A stretch of DNA of 63,791 bases, the filler included, from Octopus bimaculoides (lineage: Eukaryota), in assembly GCF_001194135.2 (NCBI RefSeq). It is 5 parts of 4 records of this genome, joined end to end, with 100 filler letters (N's around TTAATTAATTAA, not from the genome) between each part and the next. Parts side by side here need not be neighbours in the genome. Positions count along the whole stretch, not along the records: positions 1 to 30,815 come from NC_068985.1; 4 more parts are not named here. The stretch is one strand, 5' to 3'. The number at the start of each line of letters is the position of its first letter. Position 1 is the stretch's first letter. Shown piece by piece: positions 12,146 to 25,333 of the stretch. The notes beneath the pieces are model-generated. The model searched no databases, was not told the DNA's origin, and worked only from the letters and a program-made list of their open reading frames with translations. Made by a program: the position numbers and the translations under genes.

Positions 12146-12624
12146 ATAAAAACATTTACCAATCTATATTCTGTACCATGGTTTCAAGTCAATTTTAGTA
12201 AGATAAAAACTATATATCTTACAAGGTCGGACTATCATCAGCAGAAAATGACCAGACAACATATGAAGCACGAGTCAATAAAGGAGCATGGTTCGTGTTT
12301 CTATATCTAATTTTTCAAAATTTACCGCGTATTTGCGGTTTATCTAATCGGCAGCAAATACAAAAATGCCGATTTTCCTTCAGAAATTAGCCCAAAAATT
12401 TTTTATCATTATTAATAAATTATAGGGTAAACCGCAAATACGCGGTAAATTTTGAAAAATTAGACATAGAAACACGAACCATGCTCCTTTATTGACTCGT
12501 GCTTCATATGTTGTCTGGTCATTTTCTGCTGATGATAGTCCGACCTTGTAAGATATATAGTTTTTATCTTACTAAAATTGACTTGAAACCATGGTACAGA
12601 ATATAGATTGGTAAATGTTTTTAT
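12146..12624. repeat. Near-perfect inverted repeat of about 187 bp (young MITE or misassembly)
   Basis: 12146-12332 vs 12428-12624 differ at one position I could find; the right arm ends at an N gap. Confidence 0.6.
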
Positions 12625-13654
12625 NNNNNNNNNNGAAAATCTGTAAATGTACATCCCTCTAGATATCTGAGTACCTTATTATTTTTTATAATATATATAT
12701 ATATATACTATTGAGATTTCGTTTGCAAGGTTTTTTATGTGAGTTCGTGTGTTGAAGAATATTCTGTTGTGTCTGGGGAGAGTCGTTCTCCTTTAGTGCC
12801 TTATTATTTAATACACTCACCGGTAAAATTTCCATATATCTATATGCGTGTGTGTTTGTGTGTGTACGTGGCTCTTGTGCATGTGCGTAAGCAATCTTTT
12901 ATTGTCGGTAAAATTTATACAGGAATAGTAATTAGTATAATTAGTATAATTACTGAGATTAGAATATTTATGTACGTGTTTAAGCAAGATGATCAGTAAA
13001 TTGTTCTGGGGGTTACATATGTACACTAAACAAACAGTTTGCGTCGGCTCATTACTGTTTTATTTAACGGGAACCTTGTCGTAGATATTTTCGACTAGTT
13101 AACAACTGCCAAATTCATAAAATTATATATCCTTCTATCGTTGAAAAGAAACTTTTTGCATGCCGTGGTAGTAAACATAGTATTAGAAAATAAGATGTGA
13201 TGATCGTGACTACAATGCATTTGTTCATAGATTTCATTCCAACTAGATCTGAGGTTAAATTTTGGGATTGCTTTATAATTTCACTCTTTCATTTTTCTCC
13301 ATTGCACTCTATTCGAAAAGAGATAAAAAAAACTATTCAACTTTCAAACACAATAAACAAAAGTTGTAGTGGAAGAATAGTTATGACAACACTTAAAATA
13401 CTACAATAACAACGATAAACATATTTTTTGGTGTAAATCCAAATATTGGTAATGTTTAAAAATATAGGGAAAAACAAAAACCAGGAAATTTATGTGACCG
13501 CCAATTACGTCGTCTGCAACAGTAAACAACCAATGTTTTGTAAAATATTTTCGCCAAACTTTTTGTTTAAAAGGTTAACATTTAACTGGAATTTAACTGC
13601 AGTTCTCTGGTCCAATGTTCAAAATAATTTCCATAGTACTAGATAAGTAATATT

Positions 13655-13832
13655 GGTTTTAAATGTCGGCACAAGGCCAGCAATTCGAAGGAGGGGGGGT
13701 TAAGTCGATTGCATTCACCCTAGTATGCAACTGGAGGAAAGGCAAAGTCAACGTCAACGGAGTTTGAACTCGGAATGTAAAGCCGCTCTGTGTTTTTCTC
13801 AGCGTGCTAACGATTCTGCCAGCTCGTTGACC
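13655..13832 (-). mobile_element. SINE family B with internal deletion, tandem unit 1
   Basis: GGCACAAGGCCAGCAATT tail and GCTAACGATTCTGCCAGCTCG head. Confidence 0.85.
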
Positions 13833-13847
13833 TCTAGATTAGTAATA

Positions 13848-14025
13848 TCGGTTTCGAATTTTGTCACAAGGCCAGCAATTACGTCCACTGGTACTTATTT
13901 TCATCGACCCCGAAGGGATGATAAGCAAAGTCGACCTCGGCGGAATTTGAACTCAGAATGTAAAGACACGAAATAGCGCTAAGCATTTTTCGCCGTCGTG
14001 CTACCGATTCTGCCAGCTCGTGCCT
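13848..14025 (-). mobile_element. SINE family B, tandem unit 2
   Basis: Central domain and head match family B. Confidence 0.88.
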
Positions 14026-15189
14026 TATCATTTAATTGTATCAGTATTTAGACAAATTTCGAATCGCATCTACTTCTCATTAGTAATTTTCTATTTTCAA
14101 AATGTCAAAAACATAAAGTCTGAACATTTTTTGTGAATCTTTCTTTCAATTATTAATCGGACAGTATATACACAAAACTATCTTTCAAAACTAATTCAGC
14201 AAAACAGCCAAAACATGGTTATTTGTGTAAATTATTGTCCATTTAGATTTCATATTATTAGTAGTAAAACCATTTTTCGTTTTCTTTTTCTCTTTAGATA
14301 ATTTCAAGAGAAATATATTTTTCCTAAAAATGATACTCAAATGTATAAAATGTTACTCTCTATTTTTTCTTCAATCAATATTTCTTAAAAAAGATTCCAG
14401 AAATACTTGAAAACAAACAAGGAAATAATTTTAATATTTCTAAACGATTGATTATTTCTCCAGACATCCTGTTTCCTTTTGCGAATTTCGAATTATTAAA
14501 AGTATTTCATGAATGCTTTCTATAAACCATGATTATATACGTACATTTTGCATTTCTATGTTATCTATAAGTAAAATTACTAGGATAAACACATTAAACA
14601 TCATTGTACTCAATAACTTTCTCATCATGATTGTTCCATTTAAATTTGTTGCCGTACGGTATAGCGACATTGCTCACTCTAACCTTCAGATTAATTATCG
14701 CAAATATGGCGCAATTGTTTTCACGTCTTAGTTTTATAGTGAGAGAGCCTGGAACCTGACGCTTGACCTGCTGGATAAAGTAGATCGAACGTTCAATCAA
14801 AGTCGAATTTTTGGAGAAATACAAAGAACATTTTGAACAATATAGTCTTAGATGCATTCTTCCTAAGACCAAACGTTGTATTAGGTAACATATAAAATCT
14901 CACTTTGAGTCAAACAACAACTACTACAACAACCTTCTTAGCCATTTTGATGGAATAGGTGTCTTCTAATTTCTCTTACTTCGATAATGCCTTCATAAAG
15001 ATTATATATGCAAATCAAGGTGACTGTCTCTTATGTATACAATGCCAGATATCTTTATTGCTCAGATCACTTTCATTTCAACATTCGTTAAGGTAGTTAC
15101 TCATCCAAAGATCGAACTCGAATATTTTCTCGCCATTCCATATATATTTCTGTAATAACAATGCCCATAAAGCCTAGCTATTAATTTCA

Positions 15190-15378
15190 AATTTTATCAC
15201 AACGCGAGCAATTTCGAGGGAGGGGTAAACCAATTAAATTGACCCCTGTTCTCAGCTGGTACTTATTTTATCGACGCTGAAAGGAGGAAAGGCAATGTCG
15301 ATAACAGAACGTAAAACGGACGAAATGCCACTAAGCATCTTTCCTGGCATGCTAACGATTCCGTCAGCTCGCCACCTG
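15190..15378 (-). mobile_element. SINE family B
   Basis: CTGGTACTTATTTTATCGAC...GCTAACGATTCCGTCAGCTCGCC. Confidence 0.85.
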
Positions 15379-15464
15379 TCATCTGTCATAAGTTAAAGGA
15401 TCTTGGTGTCATAAGAAAACACGGAGAGTGACTCCTATGAGGCATGAGTCAATCCGTTGTTGCA

Positions 15465-15610
15465 AATAGTAATAAATGGTATACCTCAGCGCACGGTTCT
15501 TGGGCCATTATTAGTTATCATCACTCTGTCGGTTATAAGGTAAAAAGTACACTTGGCCAACCTAATGAGTTGCTCCGATGACACAAAACTATTCGCCCTT
15601 GGCGGGTAGT
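15465..15610 (+). mobile_element. Decayed CR1/L2/Jockey-type reverse transcriptase fragment
   Basis: Translates VINGIPQRTVLGPLL and, after frameshift, SDDTKLF; these match RT motifs GVPQGSVLGPLLF and YADDTKL. Confidence 0.65.
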
Positions 15611-15763
15611 AAACAATTAGGACGTGAATGCAACGTAAAAAGAACCGGTACAGATAACGTGATAACTCCATAAACATCGAAATAAAAACACTTCCCAAAT
15701 GCATTCTATCTATAAATATATGTATATAAGTATGTGTATATGTGTGTGTGTTTGTGCGTCTGT

Positions 15764-15765
<2 letters not shown>

Positions 15766-15810
<45 letters not shown>
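15766..15810. repeat. (TAG)n microsatellite
   Basis: Perfect run. Confidence 0.95.
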
Positions 15811-15811
<1 letters not shown>

Positions 15812-16631
15812 ACATTCCAAAATAGGCAAGTTGAAGAAGCAGTACCTAGACATTGAGGCAGAATTCGAACTCAACCAGAATCCAATAGTAAATAGTGAAA
15901 CAACACTTCTAAATACAAAATGGATGAGAAAATATTTAACTCTGAAAGGTCCTTGTGCCACGAAACGTGAATCGAATATAAATTTGTTTCCCTGGGATTG
16001 GAATCAGTTTATATGATATTTTAACCATAGCCAGTATATCAAGCTATATTCAGCTTAAAACACAGCTGAATTATCTAATATACATTGCAATAGATACATG
16101 CTCAATATGAATAATCTATTCCACAAGGTAATGTGAGAAGAATCCTGTTCATGCATTTTAAATGAGGACATTCAACTACCTGAAAGTAAAACAAATTTTG
16201 CTTAAAACTATCATGGAACTTTAATATTTTATCATTTATTCTATAAATAAATTATTAAAATAGTGACTAAACGTATTACAAAAATCCAATTGGAATAATA
16301 CCATTTTGAAACTGAAATTCATGGAGGGACTTCATGCGTCCAAATATTGAAAGTGCAGTGACAAAAGAAATGAGTTTAATTCCATGAAACCTGACTGATA
16401 TAAACGATTTCTTTCATTTGTATAGAAGTTATGATTTCCTAATAATATACGGTATTTGACCTGTCACCAGTAGAGCTTGAGAATTCTTAAAATGTTCATG
16501 CTAACAGCTTAGTATATACAATGATTTCGTTTTCACCAGTTATGGACTGAAATATATATTTGTTTTATATCAAATGCTTAAAATATAATTTTGTCTGTTG
16601 GTAGAGACGTAGTAATGGAACTGTTAAAGAG

Positions 16632-16746
16632 TGGTCGGCCCGAGGTTATAGTAGAAGACACTTGTCCAAGGTGCCACGCAGTGGGAATGAACTCGGAACC
16701 ATGTGGTTGGTAAGCAAGCTACTTACCACACAGCCACCCCTACGCC
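16632..16746 (-). mobile_element. SINE family D, head plus CORE-like block
   Basis: GACACTTGTCCAAGGTGCCACGCAGTGGGAATGAACTCGGAACCATGTGGTTGGTAAGC. Confidence 0.88.
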
Positions 16747-16749
16747 TGC

Positions 16750-17520
16750 AGCCTAATTACAAATAGAAGGCATATAAAAAGAAATAATTACTGAGGGTTG
16801 AGACATGAGGGTGGAGCGGAGTAAAGAATGCTGATGGCAGATGTAGGAAGGAAATTTAATAGCCTCAGATTGAGAAACATTGTGAAACAGGAGAGAGATA
16901 AGAGAGAATGAGGGAGTGAGAGAGAAGAACAAAGAATGAGAGAGTGAAAGAGAGAGAAGGAAGGGAGTGAAAGTGATGTTGATTTTATTATAGATAAAAG
17001 GTAATAACACAGGGTTAAAGACAGAAATAAAGAAGAGAATGTACGAGGAAGAGAGCGGCTGAGAGAAAGCGAAAAGCAAAGCCAGTGTAAAAGGGTGTGA
17101 TATCGAAAGAAAGAGAGGAAAGCTGGAAATAAACGAGTGGAAAGAGTAACAAAGAAAACAGAGATTGATAACAAGATAAATGTATGTTAAGCTAAAAAAG
17201 AAGAAGCGGCGGGTGGGAGGGAAGCATGAGGCAATAATGGAGTTCTGATATGAAGAGTGACGAGAGACGGAATTATAAAGATTGAGAATAGGAATAACAG
17301 AGAGAAAGAGAGGAGTGGAGAGGGAATAAATGGAAGAAGTAAGCGAGGAAATAAAAGGAGAGAAATGATAATTATAGAGGGAGAGAGAGAGAGAGGGAGA
17401 GAGAGAGAGAGGGAGAGAGAGAGAGGGAGAGAGGGAGAGAGGGAAAGAGATAGTATAAATACAAAGAAAAGGAGAAACAGATTGCAAGATGACGGAAGAT
17501 AATGTGAGAGAGTGCAACAG
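16750..17520. repeat. GA-rich low-complexity tract
   Basis: Purine-rich degenerate GA/GAGG repeats. Confidence 0.85.
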
Positions 17521-18382
17521 AAATATAACTTAAAATGGCGAGAATAGTAACAGTGCTATAGAAGCAAGTGACAATGGCTAAGGTGGCAAAAGTAGAAATG
17601 AAAAACCGGAAACAGTATAGAAGTAAGAGACAATGAGACTGGTGTGTGTCGATAGGGAAAAGTAGAAATAGTTGAAGACGAAAGAGTGGGAGAGGATTTC
17701 GGAGTGTGAGTTCGGTGCGCGGAAGAATATCTAAAGCATTATGAGACTAGAAGGTGAACGCAGAATCTCTGCACAAAGTATAACACCAATAAAGAGTAAC
17801 AGGACATAGCTTCAACTTTAAAATCATATACAGGGTTCAAAAAAAAAAAAAGGAAAACAAAACCCATAAAAAATTTATTAACTCTTAAAAAAGATCCAGA
17901 TTTACATAGAGCACAAAAATACAGATTATAAAATAAAGAATTTATTGCGAAAAACGTGGTAAAACGTCTCGTTGCAAGAGACGCGATTTACCTAGCTGCC
18001 ATATTCGTAAGTGATATGTGAATGATGTTATAGGTGTGCGACGTGCGTCAATTCAGATGAAATTGCTAAGTGCGACTTTCTCTTCTGAGTGGAGTAGAAC
18101 TTGCCACTCCACTCTTGTAAAGGGAGGTTTTGCTTAAATTAATGGATCATAAAAGGTCAAGAATTTGGAAAATAGGGAGCAGTTAATTTAGTCGACAACT
18201 TAGTACGTATATTATCGCCTTTGCATAGATGAAGGACAAATATTGATGGAATTTGAACGGTATGAAACCCAAATGTATACGAAACATGTTATTTTACGCG
18301 CTAACAAATCTGCTAGTCTTTTGTAAATGTAAAGATGTATAAGTAAATTATAGTCAAATTATGGTGGGGCATATTAGCCAGG

Positions 18383-18794
18383 GTGGAGGCGCAATGGCCC
18401 AGTGGTTAGGGCAGCGGACTCGCGGTCGTAGGATCGCGGTTTCGATTCCCAGACCGGGCGCTGTGAGTGTTTATTATCAATTTCTCTGATTTCTGCTGTG
18501 ATTGCTGCTTTCAGTTCAACAAACCCCTAAAGATCCACGAGGCTCCGGCAGGTGATGGTGGCGAACCCTGCTGTACTCTCTCATTACAACTTTCTCTCAC
18601 TCTTACTTTCTGTTGTGCCTGTAATTTAAAGGGTCAGCCTTTTCACACTGTGTCACGCTGAATCTCCCTGAGAACTACGTTATGGGTACACGTGTCCGTG
18701 GAGTGCTCTGCCACTTGCACGTTAATTTCACGAGCAGGCTGTTCCATTGATCGGATCAACTGGAACCCTCGTCGTCGTAACCGACGGAGTGCCA
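18383..18794 (+). mobile_element. SINE family A, full length, 12-bp TSD, about 45-bp foreign insert
   Basis: GTGGAGGCGCAATGGCCCAGTGGTTAGGGCAGCGGACTCGCGG head. ATATTAGCCAGG at 18371-18382 and 18795-18806. Confidence 0.95.
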
Positions 18795-19718
18795 ATATTA
18801 GCCAGGACTGTTTTATTTCTTTATCAACTGCAAAATAAATAAATGAAGTCAACTCCGTTGGGATTTGAACTGTAAATCCATATGATTAAATACAGAAAAC
18901 AGTTTTGTTCGATACTCTTCCGATTCTGCAAAACTACCAGCTTATATCATTGCAGTAGGAACACTAACAGCTGTTAAGTAATATTGCTACATTTAACATT
19001 GAAGAGATATCTGACAAGAGACATACAATCACATAAAACTCACTGAATCTAATATTTTCCAGTTTTCTCATTGAAAATACATCATGTTCTTCATTCGTAA
19101 TGTTTTTCGTTAAATTGATATTCTCCAGCTGCGAAAACCTGTTCTATGTAAAAGGAAAGGAAGAAAGTATTTCTTGTAAAAGTTATAATTATAGCAATAT
19201 TAGACATCAGAGTTTAGTTTAGAGTTTATTATGAGTTGTCAGCTATGATTACAAAGTTTCGCAAGGTTCTAGTAATCTTCAGATTTATTGGTGCCTTTCG
19301 GGAAACAAAAAAAGGAATTGTTTTAATATCTTGCAAACGTTTCCAGATACATACTTAGTGTATGTCAGTTATGCGTAAATTCGATATTATAGACATTTGA
19401 GAAGCTTTCTCGTTGTCATCGATTACGAAACTTGTATTAATCAATTTCCAAGATATTTCTTGAAAGTGTATTGTGTTAATAGAAACTTTACTAGATAGAT
19501 TACAGACAAGGCATTACTGTCTTTTACGATTTGCCCTTGAAATTCGTTTTCCAGAAAAATAACCAATGAACAACAAATTGTAAAAGAACAGACTTCCTCA
19601 ACTGATTTGAGTTTATGTTCAAAAACAATTTTTTAAGCGAATATGCTTTGGGAACTTCGCTTTTATCGCTGTGCATTATTTCGAGTTACAGAAACAATCT
19701 ACCGTCTTATTGTTTCAG

Positions 19719-19795
19719 ATAAGACACTCCTACAAGCTGATGAGAACTTAACAACTGAGATCTTAGAAAGTCTGACTCTTAGAGAGTCAGGATGA
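19719..19795 (+). CDS. Candidate terminal exon, unidentified peptide (D)KTLLQADENLTTEILESLTLRESG*
   Basis: CCGTCTTATTGTTTCAG acceptor and a protein-like open frame to TGA. No homology recognised. Confidence 0.25.
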
Positions 19796-19863
19796 AAAAA
19801 ATCACTGCAGAGAGACTGTTTGTATACCCTGTATAAATATAAGATACATATTAAGATAGAAAT

Positions 19864-20215
19864 CGTGACACTCCGTCAGTTACGACGACGAGGGTTCCAG
19901 TTGATCCAATCAACGGAACCCCCTGTTCTTAAAATTACCGTGCAAGTGGCTGAGCACTCCACAGACACGTGTACCCTTAACGTAGTTCTCAGGGAGATTC
20001 AGCGTGACACAGTGTGCGACAAAGCTGACCCTTTGAAAGACAGGTACAACAGAAACAGGAAGAAAGAGTGAGAGAAAGTTATGGTGAATGAGTACAGCAG
20101 GGTTCGCCACCATCCTAGGTGCAATAAACACTCACAACGCCCGGTCTGGGAATCGAAACCGTGATCCGACGACCGCGAGTCCGCTGCCCTAACCAATGAG
20201 CCATTGCATGTCCAC
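19864..20215 (-). mobile_element. SINE family A with internal deletion and probable TSD
   Basis: AAGATAGAAAT (19853-19863) and AAGTTAGAAAT (20216-20226) flank the copy. Confidence 0.9.
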
Positions 20216-21731
20216 AAGTTAGAAATAAGGAAAGGAAATAAAATGAATGAAAGAACTCATAGAATACAAAACAAACTCCAGCAAAGGGACATGACTGACA
20301 ACGTTTCATAATTGCTCACTTAAACGCATCGGCTTCCCCAATGAGATATAGAATGAACACATACAGTATAAAAGTAATAGGATTAAAATACCTGCCAAGA
20401 GTCCGTTTATATTTATAATAAAAGATGGAATAATAAGGTTCTGTATTAGAAAATGATGTGGGAAATTGCTTGAATTAGGACAGAATTGTTTTTATTATTG
20501 TACCGTAGTGTCTCATAAAACTGGTGTTTATCTCCAATTTTTCGTTGTATTCAGACAACGAAGGCAAATTAACTTGTGTAAATCTACTTTTCATTGGACT
20601 AAATCGACATAAGCAGTTTGTAGTGTGTGTATAACGAAAGCATATTTGACAAGGTATGGAGCAAAATTTAATAGAGAACACACAAAACAGTTTGAAAGTA
20701 TCCCAAATCAAATAAAGAAATATGTCTTGTTTGCAGAAGTGTTTCTATGTGAAATAGGAAATTCGACTTGATATCTAATGTCTTGCATGCAATAAGTGAA
20801 GTTTTGCATTTTGAGAAGCAGAATAAAATGCTTATCCAAAGCAATTTCAGAAACAATTGACTTTCGTTTTGACATTCAATTACTTAGCTCAAGCAATTTC
20901 GAATACACACAATGCCTTGTGAATTGAAAGGAATTCGAAATAAAACAATGACAATATTATTATTTTACTATATACTAAATATCTCTTAAACATTTCTAAA
21001 ATAATTGATCATTTAGCTGACAAATATATTTAATTATTTACATTGAAATTACTCGAATTTTACACATTTGTATGAATAGTAAATCCATGAGATTTTATTG
21101 AAGATCTCTAATTTATATTTATTATACGATTTACTTTGTCAACGCGTGCACGTATTGGCTTCGATGACTGCATAGTCATGTGCTTTACTTTCTTATTATG
21201 TGATATCGATTGAATTCCATTATACGGTTCCTTTTGGTAAATGAGTTCTATGAGAGGTGCTTGACTTGTCGAGTAAATTTAGTTAACGGGCACTAAGTAT
21301 ACATCAGCTAGAAATCCTGTTCTTGGTTTTGATATGTAGTCTGAATTTCTTATATCACTCGACCATTATACCCTAACAGTTAGTTAGTTTAAAGGAGTCT
21401 AGACTAGTGAAATAATTTTGAGAAGCATTTCAGCCAGCTGATAACCAGTCTCGGTGATAGCCAGTGCACTTCTACCTCTATGTCATGTAAGAAAGAAAGA
21501 AAGTAAAACAGTCAGAAGAAAAAGCAGAAGTATTTTTGTTAATTAACCCTAGAAACTTTTGCGTGAATGTGTGTGGTAACGGGCAAAACATAAAACAAAG
21601 TATCTTTTTCTTAAGGGCAATTTTTATATTTATTCTCACTTTAGATAAGTAGAAAGACTATAATAATTTTTAGTCTCATTATCGAAATATATCAATAACT
21701 TTCTTAAATTTATATGAATGACTTTTTTCAG

Positions 21732-21823
21732 ATGCGACGTGGTAGCGATCATTATGTTTGGAATCCCTAGACTAGTGATGTGGCCATTCTCGTGTAGCAC
21801 TCAGCGGTTCTCGTTCAGGAAAG
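21732..21823 (+). CDS. Candidate exon, CDVVAIIMFGIPRLVMWPFSCSTQRFSFRK
   Basis: TTTTTTCAG acceptor, AAG|GTGTAT donor, one open frame, locally higher GC. No homology recognised. Confidence 0.2.
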
Positions 21824-21982
21824 GTGTATTTACGAGATGATCAACCTGTTTTCTCTAAAACAATGGATCTGTTGTGTAATGATCCTTTTGTAAGACAACG
21901 TTTGTTGTTATTTGCCTGCTATTTATTGTATACCGAGTAACCATGCAACAATCCCTTGTTATCTCTTGTCGCCATCGTAATT

Positions 21983-22380
<398 letters not shown>

Positions 22381-22383
22381 ATG

Positions 22384-22469
<86 letters not shown>

Positions 22470-22649
22470 AAGAACATCAAAAATACTTCAGGAATGAGAA
22501 CCCAAGTTCGAAATTTCCCTAAGACACCTGATGAAGGCTGGAGGGCATATCAGCCGAAACGTTGTGTTTACAACAAACAAGATGAGGACAAATATCCGAC
22601 GAATGTAAATAATGTAAATAATTCCTCATCTCTTAAATATAGAACTGAA
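22381..22649 (+). mobile_element. SINE family C, headless inverted partner with intact HHR
   Basis: (AAT)n(AAG)n followed by the tail ending CTCTTAAATATAGAACTGAA. Confidence 0.88.
22523..22568 (+). ncRNA. Minimal hammerhead ribozyme motif (dimer type)
   Basis: GACAC-CTGATGA-A-GGCTG-gagggcatat-CAGCC-GAAA-CGT-T-GTGTT. Confidence 0.7.
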
Positions 22650-23913
22650 TTAAACGCCTTATGTAGCGTATTTTTACTTCTTTTTTTTCTTTTCAGAAAA
22701 GTTACAGGATGTAATTTAAATAATACTTGGTTTGTGTAACAAGTTTTTATCAGATGGGGTGACCCCGCATCAACATGATGCTGGTTCGAAGACGCTGCCT
22801 CTTGTTTATAGAAGTATCAAAATGTAAATAGTTATTTAAGCTGATAAGAACTGTGGAGAGATGCATTATAAAAGAAAACCCAGTGAATCTACAAACGGAA
22901 TGATGTGGAGTGTATAACGAATCCCATGAATACACCAGAATGTCAATTATACTGAACCAGGGATTAAACGACTGAGAGGCAAGCTTTTTCATCACTTCTC
23001 TATCTTTACTGCTTCTTAAGATCTCAATCGCCCGTTCATTTACTACTAAGCATCCCTTCATACGAATTCGATTGTTTGGCATTACTTCACTGGAAATGTT
23101 TTTTTATTTTTTTTTCTTCCACAAAAACCTATGTTACTGCATATAACGAAGAATATCCGTAAGTTGTTAAGAATAGCTCTATCTCATCTCTGATTATCAA
23201 TAAGAACATGTAATTTCATCGCTCACTCAGATCGAGATCAAATGGTATATTTATAAACTTGCTGAATATGTCATCTTAGTGAAACTGCATTCACTGATAA
23301 ATATTATTAGCAGACCGGTCGGTTGGCCTGTTTCTCTCTTCTGTCTCAAAATGGTGCGTGTAACATCTAATATCTTCCATATATATACTGAAATATCAAA
23401 ATTAGGTGATAGCGCTTCATATTCTCTAATACGAAATTACATCACCTTCTGTTATGATGTATACTAATTTGATTGTTTAATTCACTGAAACCCAAAGAGA
23501 ATAATGCAACAAAGGAAATGCTGCTAAATAGAGAATAGTTGGATAGCGATAATAGAAATATAATGACCTTTATTGATAGGGTTGAATATATTTCTAATAT
23601 CATGACAAAGCTTGAAATGATTTACTCTTGCAGATCATATCTTTCATATAATAATCACCTTAATCATGACTATTGAGTTGAAAATATTTATAAATCTCAC
23701 ACAGCCGAATCTAATAATTTTGCTATGGCAAGTTGTCAGCTAGATTATTCATTAAGAAGCAGGAGAAGTGAAAGAGAAGAAGAAGAGGAAGTGGTGGAGG
23801 AGGACTAACGAAGCAAGCACAAGAAAGTGCTCGTGGCCTTTGCCAACATTTCCGGAGATGCTGATGTTGTGATCAAATCAAAATAAGGAACATGTGTAAG
23901 ATTAAACGGCCAG

Positions 23914-24025
23914 AAGGCTTTGGTTGGCAAAAAGCTATATTAGAAGACGCTTGATCAAGATGCCACGCAGTGGGAATGAACCTGGAACCATGTGATTGGG
24001 AAATAAATTTCTTACCACACAACTA
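23914..24025 (-). mobile_element. SINE family D, 5' part
   Basis: CCACGCAGTGGGAATGAACCTGGAACCATGTG...TCTTACCACAC. Confidence 0.82.
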
Positions 24026-24328
24026 TATTTACCAGAAATCAAATACATAAATACCCTTCTACATTTACCCGGTTGTAATACACGCATTCATATTTTCTGC
24101 GTTGCTGACTACACAAACATATACCTTTTACCTTAATCTTTTAGCTTCTAACTGTGGCAGTCATTGGGCAGCGACCATCCTGAGACACCACCTTGAAATA
24201 TCTTTAGTCGAATGAATCGAACTGAATATTTATATTTTTGAATAGACTAAGGTGACTTTTGTTTACTAATCATGATCAAGAAATCTGCAGAGAACTCTTA
24301 AGATTTCAAGCAATGTTGATTTTTGTAT

Positions 24329-24600
24329 GTCTTCTTCTTCTTCTTCTTCTTCTTCTTCTTCTTCTTCTTCTTCTTCTTCTTCTTCTTCTTCTTCTTCTTC
24401 TTCTTCTTCTTCTTCNNNNNNNNNNNNNNNNNNNNNNNNNNNNNNNNNNNNNNNNNNNNNNNNNNNNNNNNNNNNNNNNNNNNNNNNNNNNNNNNNNNNN
24501 NNNNNNNNNNNNNNNNNNNNNNNNNNNNNNNNNNNNNNNNNNNNNNNNNNNNNNNNNNNNNNNNNNNNNNNNNNNNNNNNNNCTTCTTCTTCTTCTTCTT

Positions 24601-24631
<31 letters not shown>

Positions 24632-24655
24632 TTATTATTATTATTATTATTATTT
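24329..24655. repeat. (CTT)n/(ATT)n microsatellite spanning a gap
   Basis: Direct inspection. Confidence 0.93.
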
Positions 24656-24669
24656 ATTGACTGAGAGAG

Positions 24670-25000
24670 CAGCTCGAAAGATTCGTGTGGTTTCAAACAA
24701 CTCTGTATTCTGAAGTTGCTCTATGCGCACATTCATTCGTATCTTCTCAAACCAGTTGGTGGGTTCCTTACTTAGTTTCCACTCTTCCAACAATAATAGA
24801 TGCAATACTCGCCTTATTCAATGGCCACATTTTATCTCCCACTTCAAATCAACAATTGCCAACAGGGCATGCAATCTTTCCCATTTATCACATTTATCAC
24901 GGCTTTTAATGATTCGGTTATTCCTTCTAGGATTTGCCGCAAGTAACCTTGACGCCTGGAAAAATGAAAAAGTATTTTACGCTTCGTGCCTACGCTCTTC
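24670..25000 (-). mobile_element. Highly decayed RTE-type LINE RT fragment
   Basis: Minus frame VLHLLLLEEWKLSKEPTNWFEKIRMN resembles the RTE motif VLLYGxExWxLTK...LExFEM. Confidence 0.4.
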
Positions 25001-25109
25001 ATCAGGAGGGAATAAAAGAAAATCAACAGTGTGAGAATGAAAAAAGACTTGTAGATTTCCGCGGTCTAACATGGTGGATGCATACGTCACCATGACTGAT
25101 CGTCAAATC

Positions 25110-25275
25110 CACAAGTTTGTTTTTTCATTCCCGCTTTGTTTATTGTATTTTATTCCTTTCTGTTGAAGAGCGTAGACTCGAAACGTAAAATACTTTGCTT
25201 TCTCTAGTGTCAAACTAAAACACCAGCTTGTTGTTCATACACCTGTCTTCGTGTTTTGTTATTCTGTAAATTTTA
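25110..25275 (+). mobile_element. Repeat family F (HHR-like variant, Penelope-like LTR fragment)
   Basis: Homologous to 41915-42090 on the opposite strand; contains CTGTTGAAGAGCGTAGACTCGAAACGTA. Confidence 0.7.
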
Positions 25276-25286
25276 CTATATATGTA

Positions 25287-25333
<47 letters not shown>

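Noticed and set aside
14684-14770. Minus-strand phase 0-0 exon-like segment QVKRQVPGSLTIKLRRENNCAIFAIINLK
   Set aside because: Plausible splice sites but no homology or partner exons; expected by chance in AT-rich DNA.
16102-16179. Minus-strand acceptor plus VVECPHLKCMNRILLTLPCGIDYSY*
   Set aside because: Short and unrecognised, with no linked exons.
18383-18460. tRNA-like sequences as true tRNA genes
   Set aside because: All tRNA-like segments are SINE heads that continue into repeat bodies and lack a proper acceptor stem.
20555-20640. Acceptor plus DNEGKLTC..., superficially EF-hand-like
   Set aside because: Loop ligands do not continue and the frame stops early.
22750-23082. 110-aa minus-strand ORF
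   Set aside because: No recognisable domain or splice context.
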